DNA of 63,731 nucleotides, filler included, from Hausera hauseri (GCA_046269625.1; 12 parts of 12 records of this genome joined end to end with filler, not necessarily neighbours in it); one strand, 5' to 3'; shown: positions 1 to 15,480, numbered from the whole stretch's first letter. The notes: a model not told the origin generated them from the letters alone. Program-made: numbers and translations.

Positions 1-3000
1 AAATTGATAGTCTATGTCAGGGGAAATCGGATGAAGTCGTACGATTGATGGCAGAGAAAGACAAAGTCGAATGTGAATTGAGTTCGATGAAGGAACGAGT
101 TTGTGATTTGCAGCAGAAAATCGATGATTTAACAGATGCCAGAAATCGTGAAGAAGACGAACGGAAACAAGTTATACAAGATGGAGAACGTTTGTTATTG
201 GAAAAAGAAAAATTGCAACAAGAACTAACAAAACTATTTCAAACGAATATTGATATTGATGAATTCCGAATGTTACAAACTGAATCAAAATTGTTGTCCG
301 AGCGACTCGATGAAGAATTGAATGAAAAAACGGTTCTAAATCAGGAGAAAATTGATTTAGGAAATCAAATCATGTCGTTGCAGGACACAGTCACTGAATT
401 GCGTAATGCAAACGACGAATCAGATTCAGTATTCGGTCTACTGTTCGATGAACTTGTTGACATAGATCGAAATATTCGTGATGTAGATATGGCATCGATG
501 GAGTCTGATGAGACAATAATGACAAAGCAACCAATTTACATTTTACAAGCCATTAGCATGATCAAAGGGAAAGTGATGGAACTGACGACAAATTCGAGGG
601 AAATTGTCCAACAGTTGAAAAAATCGATTTACGATAAGAATAAGGTATTGAATGAAAAAACGGAACTCGAACAAGAACTAGTTGCATTGAATGATGAATT
701 AAGACGAATATCAAGGGAGAAAGAAGACGTTGAAGTTCGCCTAACTCGTCTATCCGATGAATCAATTTTACTGCAAGGAAAACTCGACGAACTGTTGGAA
801 ACCGATTCGCGAGATATTCTCGTAAAGGAAAATCAACAATTGGAACGAGAAGTGGCCATTCTGCGTGAGAAGATTGAGAATATTGAAAACGATGCCGAAT
901 GGGACACAATTTGTGATAGACTGAAAACGATTGTTGTAAAAGTGAAACTCGTTGAAGATGCGGATGGATTTGCGTTCAATGAGAAAGTGTGTCAAGTTAC
1001 AAAATTGAAGGACAAAATGGATCTGTTGACGAGCGAATTAAGCGAATCCTGTGCAGACATTCTGCAGACATTAACTCTAAGGAATACAATTGAAGTTGAC
1101 GCTGATGCCGCCGCTGCCGCTCGACTGAAACTGCTAGAACGACAAATCGAAGAAAGCAACCAAGTGCAAGAGGATTTACGTTTGTTTGTGGCGAATTCGA
1201 CAGCGGATTACGATAAGTTACATTTGGAAAAGCAGACGATTGAAAATGATTTGCGCAAGTTACAAACGGAATTCGAATTATTGACGTCAATAAATGCCGA
1301 GTATAAATCGGATTTGGACAAATTCAATGGGGAAAAAGGAAATTTCCAATCGACGATCAGTTCGCTGGAGGAGAAATGCCGAGAATCGGCAAGAGCGAAT
1401 GACGTTCTGAAAGCCAAGTGCATTAAACTGAAGAAGCATTTCGAAGGGAAATTGAATTTATTGACGAAGGAAAATGCTGAATTGAAACAAAATGCACAAT
1501 TGTCCGGTTCAAAATCCATCGACGACATTTCGGAAACGTTTTCATTGAAAAATCGAATCGAGAATCTGTCGAAAGATGTCGATACACGGATTCGTCAAGC
1601 GAATTTGGAAATGGAAGAATTTCTGAAACGGAATGAAGAAGTAACGAAACTGCTCATGTCCGATGCCAGTCCGAATCGGAACTGGGCGTGCTCGAACGAG
1701 ATTTGTATGAAACTGGCCAACAGAAGTAAAGCGTTGTCGAAAACCATCAGCAATTTACAGGAGCAAAATGGAGTTATGAAAAGCAAAATACTCGATCTGC
1801 AACAATGTTTGGACCATGAGCGAACTATTCGCCAGCAAATCTCGCACGAGGGCATTCAAGTGAACGATAGCATAATGAGAAAACTGAACGCAGCTCGATC
1901 GGACAAAGCCGAGCTGCAAGAAGAATTGACAAAATTGAAAGAAGCAAAGGTCGAAATGAGTCAATTGGATGTTAATATTCGTCATGAACTGTCCGAATTA
2001 TCCGCCAAATATTCGGATTTGTTAATGCATAGTACAAAATTACAACAAGAAAATCGATTGGGAAATTCGAATACCGAATTGCACAACAATTCAAATGCAG
2101 CTGCAGAAATGCAATCGTTGACTGATGAACTGAAATTGGCGAATAGGCAGCTCGATAAGGAGAACAAATCAATTCTGTTGTCGGTATCCGCCTTGCTCAT
2201 GGACGTATCCAATTTGACTGAACAGGCGAACTCGATGAAGTTGATGACGAGTGTCGAATGTTACAATGACCAAATTGTCCGCTTGCTGACAACGGTGCTG
2301 TCACGAGTGGACCAGTTGGACAAGGCCATTGAAAATAATTGCCGTCATAACAATGATTCTGCTACGCAAACATTCGACAAGAAACTTATGGAGAAACAGC
2401 ATAACCACAGTGACGGCTTGCAACAGCGAATTCCTGAACTGGAGCAGGAAAAATCCCATATGACCGAACAATACTACACAAATCTATTGAGCGAACCAAA
2501 GAAATCTGAACAAAATATCCAGACTGAGATAAGCAACTTGCAACTTACAGAACTCGATAAAATGCTGCAAACTGACGAATTATTCGCATCAGAAAACATT
2601 GGGAACTTTACCGAACTTACAAGAAATTTTCATCATTTTATGAACTATGTTCAAGAAAGTGCCAAAATGATCAAGGATTGTAGCGTAGAAACTACACAGA
2701 CTGAGATAGACAACTCACATATTCAAGACGTGGACAAAATGCTGCAAAGTGACGAACTATTCGCATCAGAAAACATAGACGGCTTCACGGAATTTATCAG
2801 AAATTTCGAAAAATTGATGAAGGTTAGAATCCCACTCAAAGATGGGCCAATTGAAGAAGACAAATTAGAAGAATATTCGATGCCCTCACTACAATTCACA
2901 ACTCCATCAGAAATGCTTGACTCAACATGTCAAACCGACTTATGCAACTTGCATCTTGTCGAGTTTGACAATCTCATCAAATCTCACAACTTCTTTATCT

Positions 3001-6000
3001 CCAATAACATTACCGACTTGAACAAGTTCGTCAAAAATTTCAACCAATTCATTACCGGCATTGCGCAACTCAACAGCCATATCGAGTACCTTCAGAATGG
3101 ATTGGCAGAACTCGAACAACAGAAATCGGAACTCAGCGAGAAATTTGAACAAATCATCACGGAGTTGGAGTTGGCCTGTGATTCGGAAATGTCTCGTTTG
3201 AAGTCTGATAACGATAGTTTGACGAAACAATTGGATTCGACGCAGGCGGAAATGGAACAGTTGAAAGATGAAAAAATGCAGTTGAAAATATTGTTGGAAA
3301 CTGTAAAAGAACACGGTCAAAAGAACGCTGGTAATGACGATATAGTTCGAAGCGGCGAGTCGTGGATAAGCAGTTTGAATGATGCTCTAAAGGAAACCAT
3401 ATCGGAGAAGGAAGACCAAATTACGGAGCTCATGCAGCAAATAAGCGAGTTTACCAATCAAACGAGAATCGAACATTCGAATGAGGATCTCGAAAACCGA
3501 ATAATGTTGTTGACTGAAGAGATACAATGCAAGGACATTTCAATCAGAGAAAACCACGCAATTATTAACGAATTAGAAGCAGTTGCTGTGGAGCGGGACA
3601 ACCGAGTGAGTGCCCTGGAGAAAGAATTGGGAGAGATCAATATTCAATTAGAGAGCTACATCAATGCAATATGTTCGATGCAACTCAGACTGGAAGCATC
3701 GAAACCGAATTTGGATCTAATATTCTCGAAAGCCGTCGACAATAGCAACACATTACAATTATTGAATTTGATCAATCAATTGGAGAAAGATTATACGGAA
3801 GAACTGGAGCAAATGGACGCGACAAAATTCCAATTGGAGACGAAGTACAATAAAGCAGTACAGTACATAAAGAGACTAAAGAAACAGATCAAAATGTCCA
3901 GCAAAATTACCAAGGCCAATTTGAGTTCGTCTGTGCAAGTCGAGGATGAAGAAACGAAAATTCTCAAAGAAGAAAACATAAGTTACAAAGGCATCATCGA
4001 AAATCTCCACATCAACAATTTTCTGCTGTGGAAGGAAATCGAAACCCTGAAAAGTAGCGATCGCGGGATCCGCGGGTCATCTTTACCGCCGATAAGTTTA
4101 TGCGAACTTCCACAAGGTAGTGCGACGAACATGAGCGAACGTTCAATTTCTCCAGTTTCCCATTTATCGTCAAACTCGATGGAATCCGACAATATCAATG
4201 TGAAACAAGTGAAAGATCTCCAGAAGAAAATAGCTCGAATGAATCAACAACTGAATCAGATGCGAGTCGAGCGAAATCGAATTCATCAGGAATACACTCG
4301 AATGCGGCAACAAAAAGAAGAGTCGGATCAGAAGATTATAGAGTTGGCGAGGAAAATCGAAAACTGTGAAACGAAAGAAATCGATTCCAACGAACTGGAG
4401 TTGTTGCAAGAATCGTACACCAAACGTCTGACAGAAATTGGCGAGTTGAAGTCGAATATCGAATTTCTAACGGTACGCAATTCCATGCTGGAAACGAAGT
4501 GCAAAAAGATGGAGCTGAAACTCGTCAGTCAACGGCGGAAATATGATCAGTTATTCTTCAAATTGGATGACAAAGAACAGGAAATCGAACAGTGTTCGGA
4601 CGAACTTCGCAAGTATTCGTCGAATTTAGAAAAGGAAAAGCGAGATTTTCTGCGAGAAAAAAATGAAATCAAATCGATGTTACGGACGAAAGAAGAGATC
4701 ATTCTGACTTTACGAAAGAAATTGGAAGCTAAGTCAACCGGGGAATATTCCGAAATTAATGCCGAGAAAGATTACGAATTGGAGATATTGGATTTGAAAT
4801 CAACGATGGACAAACTACGGAATGATCTAAAGGAAACTATCGAACATCACAAAGAGGAATTGAATCGTTATCAAGGTCAAATTGAGGAGTTGATCGACGA
4901 CAATAAACAACTGAAACGGAAATTGTCTATAAATCAACCAAGGAACAGAAAGAAAATTGGCGGCGACCCAGTCATTGAGTCATCGGACAATGGGAATAGT
5001 AACGTAGTTTTGGCACAAGTTATTGTGGAAAAGGAGAAACTCGTCGAGATGTTGTCGAATGTTCAGCAGCAATTCGATGTTCAGACAAAAGAAATTGAGG
5101 AGTTGAGGAAGACACCAGTACTGAAGGAGGAAGAGGATAGGGTGTTTATTGTCCATGGGCCATGTGTCGATATTTCTGTACAGAAATCTGTTGACAGTGT
5201 TACCACATTTGTCCAGACTGATGACAGGCGGCTGAAATGTGCATTTGGTAATGTCCACGAATGTTCCATTAGCCCTACTGTCGTTGTACACAGCGAATGT
5301 CAAACTGTGGACAGGCAGACAGTTGACCTTGTTCGTCAAGTCAACAAACACCCGGTAAAGTCAGCGATCACTCAGACCGATCATGATCCAGTTGCTGATA
5401 AACTCAGAGAAGAGGTGAACAGGACAATTCGAACAATTGAAGAATTTCGTCGAAATTCAACGGCAGACAAACGGAATATCGACAATCTCAATTCTGCGTT
5501 GGCAGAGGCAACGAAACACTCATCGGATTTGGAGACGAAGAATTTCGAATTTGAAGAAAGAAATGGTCGATTACAACTGGAGATAATTGAACAGACGAAG
5601 TATTACAAAAAGAAGTTCGACAGTCTGAATTCGGAAATCACGAACCTCAAGGGCCAGTTGGAGAAGCAAATTGTATGTCAAACCATGTCGTCAGAAACCC
5701 AAACCCAATCCGATGAAGTCAATCTAATTTCTCTATTGAAAGATGAAATCGTACAGCTCAAAGAATCAGTCGAACAAAAGAACGACGAAATCGGTCGATT
5801 GAAATGCGCCAGAAATCGACTACAATCGGAATTACTTGAGTCTGGAGAACAGATCAAAGATTCCAACATGGAATTTCTCACACTGAAGGAAAACGTCCAG
5901 GCCGTGAAACTGGAAAATGAGTTACTCTCTCATAAGTTGCATCGAATTGACACGGATTTCGACGAGCTGCTAACATTTATCCAAACGGTTTCCGGTGATC

Positions 6001-6164
6001 TGAGACGACTCAGACAAATCTCGTCAGACGATGAACATCACCCACCAATTGACGATATTCGATCGGATTCCAAATTGGTTCAGAAATCGTTGGAGTTCGA
6101 ACTCCATAAGTTGGTGGAGACATTGCAGGAAAAGGAGATGAAATTGGACAAATCTGTGAGCCAG
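1..6164 (+). CDS. Giant exon (5'-truncated by the window) of a large coiled-coil protein, giantin-like tail-anchored golgin
   Basis: The frame is open from nt 3 for >2000 codons of E/K/L/Q-rich heptad sequence. A donor CAG|GTAGAT at 6164/6165 lies just before the ORF-track stop and joins in phase 0 to the exon at 7639. Confidence 0.8.
2520..3055 (+). repeat. Three diverged ~40-aa internal repeats in the giant exon
   Basis: QTEISNLQLTELDKMLQTDELFASENIGNFTELTRNF (2520), QTEIDNSHIQDVDKMLQSDELFASENIDGFTEFIRNF (2697), QTDLCNLHLVEFDNLIKSHNFFISNNITDLNKFVKNF (2931). Confidence 0.85.
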
Positions 6165-6508
6165 GTAGATTTGATTTTGATTGATATTTAGGATGTTGAT
6201 TTACATAGTTCATGATTCGTCGGGGGGGTGCGGGTTGCGTGGGACGGGCTCTACATTCTTATTCATAATTAAACAATTTTTGTATTATCGCAACTTGTGG
6301 CATAAGTAACACGTGCAAATTTATACTTTGATAGAAATAATTCATTAACTTTGGTGCTGGTTGGAGTCTTACAAGTACAAAATTTTATGTTGATTACGCT
6401 ATATTGGCTTATGATGTTGCATCATTTTGCACTTCTACAATTTCCCCCGTATATGCCATATTTTGATGTTTTGTCGACCTAATAAATATCCATCTAATAT
6501 TTGACTAA

Positions 6509-7563
<1,055 letters not shown>

Positions 7564-7638
7564 AATCAATAAATTATGTTAACCAACATAAACACCACTC
7601 ACTGTCATTCAGTCAATTAAATCGTGTTATAATTATAG

Positions 7639-8104
7639 ATAGAACAACTCACATGTTGTATATATCGATTACAATTACAATCACAATCACCAGCACTAGC
7701 AACAACAACGACAACGACAGCAACAACAACAAATCACATTTTATCGATTGCTGACAGCACCATGGATTCACAGACGACCGATGGTTGTTCCACCACGGCC
7801 CAATATGACTTATCTATCACCGAATTATCAAAATTACTCGACAGTAAAAATGCCGAAATCGAGGAATTAAAATACCGCCTATTTCTGGCCACAGATCAAT
7901 TGATTCATTTTCGTACGTTCTTTGCCTTTTCTCATAACAATCCGAACCGACCTGTTCGTGATTCAGACAACTCGAAACCGACTCATCACATTCGCCTTAC
8001 GATGGAATCGGATGATGATGGTGATTGTTATTCGGACAGTGACCAATCTCTTTTGTCTCCTGATGGTAGTACGGTAATTAGGATGGAGAGTGCTCGACAT
8101 ATCA
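7639..8104 (+). CDS. Second exon of the coiled-coil/golgin-like gene
   Basis: Acceptor ttatAG|ATA at 7638/7639 is in frame with ORF 7762-8151 (KSVSQ|IEQLTCCIYRLQ...DLSITELSKLLDSKNAEIEELKYRL). Donor A|GTAAGA at 8104/8105. Confidence 0.65.
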
Positions 8105-8567
8105 GTAAGAATTTTCGTGTACCTTTGGGGCTGCGGGGGAGGGAGTGTTAGGAGGTAACTATAGGTATCACATTTTCGTTTTTACTGATCTGGGACGTTT
8201 TAGCTTCAACTGGTAATTTGGAATATTTTCATTTTTACGCTATATTTCTCATTAAATAATTGATATTCGATTAAATATTTTATCATGCGACAAGCAGAAC
8301 TGACCGAATACTTTTTGATGGAATGCTGAGAGAAAGTTTAAGGACACGACTGGAATGTTGTTTCCTAATCCGTGTTTCCATTCATACACACACACACACG
8401 CACACACACACGATTTAGTAGCAATTTGTCTTTTATGGATGAGTCATCTTTTCTGATTATATCCCAACTGTACGTCTCTTCATCTACATCAATACTGTCC
8501 TTAAACTGTCTGCCAGCACTGATTTTTTTTCACCTCTTCTACTTTTCTTTCACGGAATTTTCTCTAG

Positions 8568-8770
8568 ACCGTTCAAAGAAATCCTTCCATACTCGTCTAC
8601 TGAATTTGATGACGAATTCGATTCTGTACAGGAAAATCTACCAAAATGTCTTTTCATGTTTCCGAAAAACCGGTCGTCATTCATACAGTTTGAAAAGTCA
8701 GCCGAGGATCAACTTGAGAACTATTTTAACGTTTTATATGATTCTTATTCATTTACTTCTTCTTCGTTAT
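8568..8770 (+). CDS. Terminal exon (cut by contig end) with golgin-type C-terminal transmembrane anchor
   Basis: Long polypyrimidine tract plus ctAG at 8567, phase-compatible with the 8104 donor. Ends ...LRTILTFYMILIHLLLLRY, matching the Y-x4-H TM pattern of giantin, golgin-84 and CASP. Confidence 0.6.
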
Positions 8771-8870
8771 NNNNNNNNNNNNNNNNNNNNNNNNNNNNNN
8801 NNNNNNNNNNNNNNTTAATTAATTAANNNNNNNNNNNNNNNNNNNNNNNNNNNNNNNNNNNNNNNNNNNN
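8771..8870. other. Artificial contig-joining linker N44-TTAATTAATTAA-N44 (first of 11)
   Basis: The same 100-nt linker with stops in all six frames recurs at 14244, 18494, 23206, 27749, 32532, 38247, 45639, 50786, 54907 and 58963. Confidence 0.98.
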
Positions 8871-11800
8871 TTCATGGTGTTGACTTCCATAGTGTGGTCT
8901 TTCATGGTGTGGACTTCCATACTATGGTCTTTTATGGTGGGTCATAAATAATGTGGTCTTTCATGGTGTGGATTTCCATACTATGTTCTTTGATGGTGAG
9001 GACTTCCATGATGTGCTCTTTCATGGCGTGGTTTTCCATGATATGGTCTTTCATGTTGTTGACATCCATAGAGTGGTCTTTCATGGTGTAAACTTCCACA
9101 CTAGGGTCTTTCAAGGTCGGTCATCAATGATGTGGTCTATTATGGTGTGTGCTTCCATGGTGTGGCCTTTCATTGTTTGGACTTCCATACTATGTTCTTT
9201 CATTGTCGTGACATCAATGATGTTGTCTTTCACGGTGGGGACTTCCATGATATGGACTTTCATTGTGTGAACTTCTAGGGTGTTTCCTTTTATGGTGTGG
9301 ACTTCCATACAATGGTCTTTCATGGTTGGGACTTCCATGATGTGGTCTTTCATGGCGTGGTCTTCCATGATATGGTCTTTCATGGTGTTGACTTCTATAG
9401 TGTGGACTTCCTTGGTGTGGCCTTTCATGGTGTGGACTTCCATACTATGGTCTCTCATGGTGGGTCATCAATGATGTGGTCTTTCATGGAGTGGACTTCC
9501 ATGGTGTGGCCTTTCATGGTGTGGACTTCCATAATATGGTGTTTCATGGTGGGGACATCCATGAAGTGGTCTTTCATGATGTCGACTTCCATGGTGTAAC
9601 CTTTCATGCTGTGGACTTCCGTATTTTTGTTTTCATGGTGGATACTTCTATGACGTGGTCTTTCAAGGTGGGGACTTCCATGATGTGGTCTTCCATGGCG
9701 TGGTCTTTTATCATATGTTCTTTTATGGTGTTGACTTCCATAGTGTGGTCTTTCATGGTGTGGACTTCCATACTATGGTCTTTCGTAGTGGGTCATCAAT
9801 GATGTGGTCTTTCATAGTGTGGACTTTTATGGTGTGGACTTTCATGATGTGGACTTCCATACTATGGTCTTTCATGGTAAGGACTTCCAGATGTGGTATT
9901 TCTAGGTAAAACATTTCATGATGTGTTCTATCATGGTGTGGACTTCCATGGTGTGGCCTTTCATGGTGTGGACTTCCATATTATGGACTTTAAGGGTGGG
10001 GACATCCATGAAGTGGTCTTTCATGGTGTGGACTTCCATGGTGTGGCCTTTCATGGTGTGGACTTCCATAGTGTGGTCTTTCATGGTGTGGACTTTTGTA
10101 CTATGGTCTTTTATGGTGGGTCATCAATGATGTAGTCTTTCATGGTGTGGACGTCCATACTATGGTCTTTCTTGGTGTGGACATCCATGAAATGGTCTTT
10201 TATGGCGTGGTCTTCCATGATATGGTCTATAATGGTTTTGACTTCCATAGCGTGGACTTCCATGGTGTGGCCTTTAAAGGTGTGGACTTCCATACTACGT
10301 TCTATTATGCTGGGGACTTCCAGATTTGGTATTTCTAGGTAGGGCTTTTTATGATGTCGTCTTTCATGGTGTGGATTTCCATGGTGTGGCCTTTCATGAT
10401 GTGGACTTCCATACAATGGTCTTTCATGGTGGGCACTTCCGTGATGTGGTCTTTAATGGCGTGGTCTTCCGTGACATGGTCTTTCATGGTGTGGACTTCC
10501 ATAGTGTGGTCTTTCATGGTGTGGACTTCCATACTATGTTCTTTCATGGTGGGTCATCAATGATGTGGTCTTTCATGGTGTGGACTTCCATTGTGTGGCC
10601 TTTCATGGTGTGGACTTCCATACTATGGTCTTTCATGGTGGGTCATCAATGATGTGGTCTTTCATGGTGTGGACTTCCATTGTGTGGCCTTTCATGGTGT
10701 TGACTTCCATACTATGGTCTTTCAGGGTGCGTACTTCCATGATGTGGTCTTTCATGGTGTGGTCTTCCATACTATGGTCTTTCATGGTGGGGACTTCCAT
10801 GATGTGGTGTTTCATGGTGTGGAGTTCCATGGTATGGCCTGTCATAATGTGGACTTTCATACTATGTTCTTTCATGGTGGGGACTTCCAGATTTGATATT
10901 TCTAGGTGGGGCTTTCCATCATGTGGTTTTTCAGGTTGTGGACTTCTATGGTGTGGCCTTTCGTGATGTGGACTTCCATACTATGGTCTTTCATGGTGGG
11001 GACTTCCGTGAAGTGGTCTTTCATGGCGTGGTCTTCCATGATATGGTGATTCATAGTGTTGACTTCCATGGTGTGGTCTTTCATGGTGTGGACTTTTATA
11101 CTATGGTCTTTCATGGTGGGTCATCAATGATGTGGTCTTCCATGGTGTGGACTTCCATGGTGTGGCCTTTCACAATGTGGACTTCTATACTCTGGTCTTT
11201 CATGGTGTGGACTTCCATGGTGTGGCCTTTCATGGTGTGGACTTTTATACAGTGGTATTTCATGGTGGGAACTTCCATGGTGTTGCCTTTCATGGTGTGG
11301 ACTTCTATACAGTGGTCTTTCTTGGTGCGGACTTTCATGCTGTGGCCTTTCATGGTGTGGACTTGTATATTGTGGCTTTATATGGTGTGGACTTCCATAC
11401 TATGGTCTTTCATGGTGAGGACTTCCATGATGTGGGCTTTTATGGCGTGGTCTTCCGTGATATGGTCTTTCATGGTGTTGACTTCCATATTGTGGCATTT
11501 CATGGTGTGGAATTCCATACTATGTTCTTTCATGGTGGGGACTTCCATGATGTTGTCTTTCATGGCGTGGTCTTCCATGATATTGTCTTTCATGGTATTG
11601 ACTTCCATAGAGTGGTCTCTCATGGTGTGGACTTTCATACTAGGGTCTTTCATGGTGGGTAATCAATGATGTGGTGTTTCATGGTGTGGACTTCCATGGT
11701 GTGGCCTTTCATGGTGTAGAATTCCATACTATGGTCTTTCATGTTGGGGACATCCATGAAATGGTCTTTCATGGTGTTGACTTCTGTGGTGTGGCCTTTC

Positions 11801-14243
11801 ATGGTGTGGAATTCCATACTAGGGTCTTTCATGGTGGGTAATCAGTGATGTGGTCTTTCATGGTGTGGACTTCCATGGTGTGGCCTATCATGATGTGGAC
11901 TTTTATACTATCGTCTTTAATGGCGGGCACTTCCGTGATGTGGTCCTTCATGGCGTGGTATTCCATAACATGGTTTCTCATGGTGTTGACTTCCATAGTG
12001 TGGTCTTTCATTGTGTGGACTTCCATACTATGTTCTTTCATGGTGGGTCATCAATGATGTGGTCTTTCATGGTGTGGACTTCCATATTATGGTCTTTCAT
12101 GGTGTGGACTTCCATACAATGGTCTTTCATGGTTGGGACTTCCATAATGTGGTCTTTCATGGCGTGGTCTTCCATGATATGGTCTTTCATGGTGTTGATT
12201 TCCATAGTGTTGTCTTTTATGGTGTGGACTTCCATACTATGGTCTTTCTTGGTGGGTCATCAAAGATGTGGTCTTTCATGGTGTGGAGTTCCATGGTGTG
12301 GCCTTTCATGTTGTGGACGTCCATACTATGGTCTTTCATGGTGGGGACATCCATGAAGTGGTCTTGTATAATGTGGACTTCCATGTTGTGGTCCTTCATG
12401 CTGTGGACTTCTATATTAAGGTTTTCATGATGGATACTTCCATGATGTGGACTTTCAAGGTGGGGACTTTCATGGTGTGGCCTTTCATGGTGTGGACTTT
12501 TATACTATGGTCTTTCATAATGGGGACATCGATAAACTGGTCTTTCATGGTGTGGATTTTCATGGTGTGGCCTTTCATGATGTGGACTTCCGTACTATGT
12601 TCTTTCATGATGGGGACTTCCAGATGTGGTATTTCTAGGTGGGGCCTTTCATAATATGGTATTTCATGGTGTGGACTTCCATGGTGTGGCCTATCATGAT
12701 GTGTACTTCCATATTATCGTCTTTAATGGCGAGCACTTCCGTGATGTGGTCCTTCATGGCGTGGTATTCCATGACATGGTTTCACATGGTGTTGACTTCC
12801 ATAGTGTGGTCTTTTATTGTGTGCACTTCCATACTATGTTCTTTCATGGTGGGTCATCAATGATGTGGTCTTTCATGGTGTGGACTTCCATTGTGTGGCC
12901 TTTCATGGTGTGGATTTTCATATTACGGTCTTTCATGGTGGGGATATGCATGAAGTGGTCTTTCAGTGTGAGTACGTCCATGATGTGGTCTTTCATGGTG
13001 TGGTCTTCCATACTATGGTCTTTCATTGTGGGGACTTCCATGATGTGGTGTTTCATGGTGTGGCATTCCATGGTATGGCCTGTCATGGTGTGGACTTCCA
13101 TACTATGTTCTTTCATGGTGGGGACTTCCAGATTTGGTATTTCTAGGTGGGGCTTTCCATCATGTGGTCTTTCAGGTTGTGGACTTCCATGGTGTAACCT
13201 TTCATGGTGTGGACTTCCATACTATGGTCTTTCATAGTGGGGACTTCCGTGACATGGTCTTTCATGGCGTGGTCTTCCATGATATGGTGATTCATATTGT
13301 TGACTTCCATGGTGTGGTTTTTCATTGTGTGGAATTTTATACTATAATCTTTCATGGTGGGTCATCAATGATGTGGTCTTTCATGGTGTGGACTTCCATG
13401 GTGTGGCCTTTCACGGTGTGGACTTCCATACTATGGTCTTTCATGGTGGGGACATTTATGAAATGGTCATTCATGGTGTGTATTTCCATTGTGTGGCCTT
13501 TCATGTGGTGGACTTCCATACTATGTTCTTTTATGGTGGGGACTTCCATGATGTGGTCTTTAATGGCGTGGTCTTCCATGATATGGTCTTTCACGGCGTG
13601 GTCTTCCATGATATAGTCTTTCATGGCATTGACATCCTAATAGTGGTCTTTCATGATCTGGACTTCCATGGTGTGGCCTTTCATGATGTGGACTTCCATA
13701 CTATGGTCTTTCATGGTGGGGACTTTTATGATGTGGTCTTTCATGTTGCGGTCTTTTATGATATGGTCTTTCATGGTGTTGACATCCATAGAGTGGTCTT
13801 TCATGGTGTGGACTTCCATACTAGGGTCTGTCATGGTGGGTCATCAATGATGTGGACTATTATGGTGTGGACTTCCATGGTGTGGCCTTTCATGGTGTGG
13901 ACTTCCATGGTGTGGCCTTTCACGGTGTGGACTTCCATAATATGTTTTTTCATGGTGGGGACATCCATGAAGTGGTCTTTCATGGTGTGGACTTTTATAT
14001 TGTGGCTTTTCATGATGTGGACTTCCATTTTGGTTTTCATTGTGGATACTTCCATGATGTGGTATTTCTAGGCGGGGCTTTCCATGATGTGGTCTTTCAT
14101 GGTGTGGACTTCCATGGTGTGGCCCTTTATTTTGTCGACTTCCATACTATGTTCTTTCATGTGGTGACATCAACGATGTGGTCTTTCACGGTGGGGACTT
14201 CCATGATGTGGTCTTTCATGGTGTGGACTTCCATGGTGTGGCC
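8871..14243. repeat. Minisatellite/satellite with 15-bp monomer (30-bp dimer CATGGTGTGGACTTC-CATGGTGTGGTCTTT) and higher-order structure
   Basis: The whole contig is tandem units. Recurrent variants include a 14-bp unit (catggtgggtcatc) and ccagat(t/g)tggtatttctagg. All frames give 5-aa periodic peptides. Confidence 0.95.
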
Positions 14244-14343
14244 NNNNNNNNNNNNNNNNNNNNNNNNNNNNNNNNNNNNNNNNNNNNTTAATTAATTAAN
14301 NNNNNNNNNNNNNNNNNNNNNNNNNNNNNNNNNNNNNNNNNNN

Positions 14344-14912
14344 TTGCCCTTCTTGGCTGTATGAGGCTTGGCGTTGTCTTGCTGAAATAAAGCTCGTTTA
14401 AAATTCAAGACTCATTCAAAGTTCCATGTTGCTTCAAATGATTCCAGATATTCACGTTTGAGACGCCAAGTTCTGCTGCCAAATTGTGCGTGCTTGACTA
14501 AGGTTCAATGTCCAATTAGGCTTGCAAATCTCCATCATCACACTCTGTCGGTCGACCTGGGTGTGGCTGATCTTCCAATGTCTTGTCGCAGTTTCTGAAC
14601 TTGGCAAACCATTCCTTAGCTATTGATCGACCAATTGTTCTCTTTCCATAGGCATCATTTATCTGTTCGGCTCTTTCAGACGCATTCATGCCTAATTTCC
14701 ATTGAAAATGCAATAATAAGCGATTTTGATCGCGAGTCAATTCCATTCTAAACAACTACAGACGAATAATACAGTATATCAATAATAATAGTATATCAAA
14801 ATGCGCGCAAGACATCGGGCTTTCAAATGAAACCAAAAAACAAAAAATGACTTGAAAATAAAAATTTAGATCCATAAGTTTGCAAGGGCCGGAAACGTTT
14901 TTAACAACCTAA
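14344..14912 (-). mobile_element. Internally deleted mariner transposon (5' TIR, HTH, fragment of catalytic region)
   Basis: TA|TTAGGTTGTTAAAAACG TIR at 14912. Translates to INDAYG...WFAKFRNCDKTLEDQPHPGRP, then jumps to LFQQDNAKPHTAK. Confidence 0.9.
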
Positions 14913-15480
14913 TATGACCACTGAATGTGTAGTGAAATAGAATCTTTAAAAAAATAAATAAAACAAAATAAATTATATATGAGCACATAGACACATTCGC
15001 GGGACAACTATACAATTTGCTACGGATACCCTTATGGATTAAGCATGTATAATATCTAAGAAAGAACATATCATTGACATACAACAATATTACGAAAATA
15101 TGAATGTCCGCCATGTCGACCAATAGTACACCAATATTCTTTAAACGAATATTTTAACCAAAAATAAGCAGAGATGGATGTGTATATAATTTTGCGTGGG
15201 TTTAATGAAGAATATTAAAATGTTTTACGAAAATCAAAAACTGGTTTTGATTGGTAGAAAGTGGAAATATTTATTATGGAAATATCGAAGTAGGAATAGA
15301 TGCAAATGTGACGATGAAAATCGGAATCTGTTGTGCACCAGGTGTTACTTATATTTGCTGTTTGTGTATTATTGTTAAATCTTGGGGATTCTGATGTTGT
15401 ATAGAATAATGAATATTGATTAAAAATAATGGATTGAAATAGTTAGCAATTTTGCGAGATCGGAATTATACTTCTTAACA

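Noticed and set aside
562-6213. Minus-strand ORFs under the giant exon (likewise antisense ORFs over the pol regions)
   Set aside because: Shadow ORFs with no independent motifs.
8815-8826. Recurrent TTAATTAATTAA palindrome as a biological site
   Set aside because: It is always centred in 44+44 Ns, so it is a synthetic linker.
8871-14243. CRISPR array or a set of real small genes
   Set aside because: Tandem units have no unique spacers, there are no cas genes, and the context is eukaryotic. The ORFs follow from the 15-bp periodicity.
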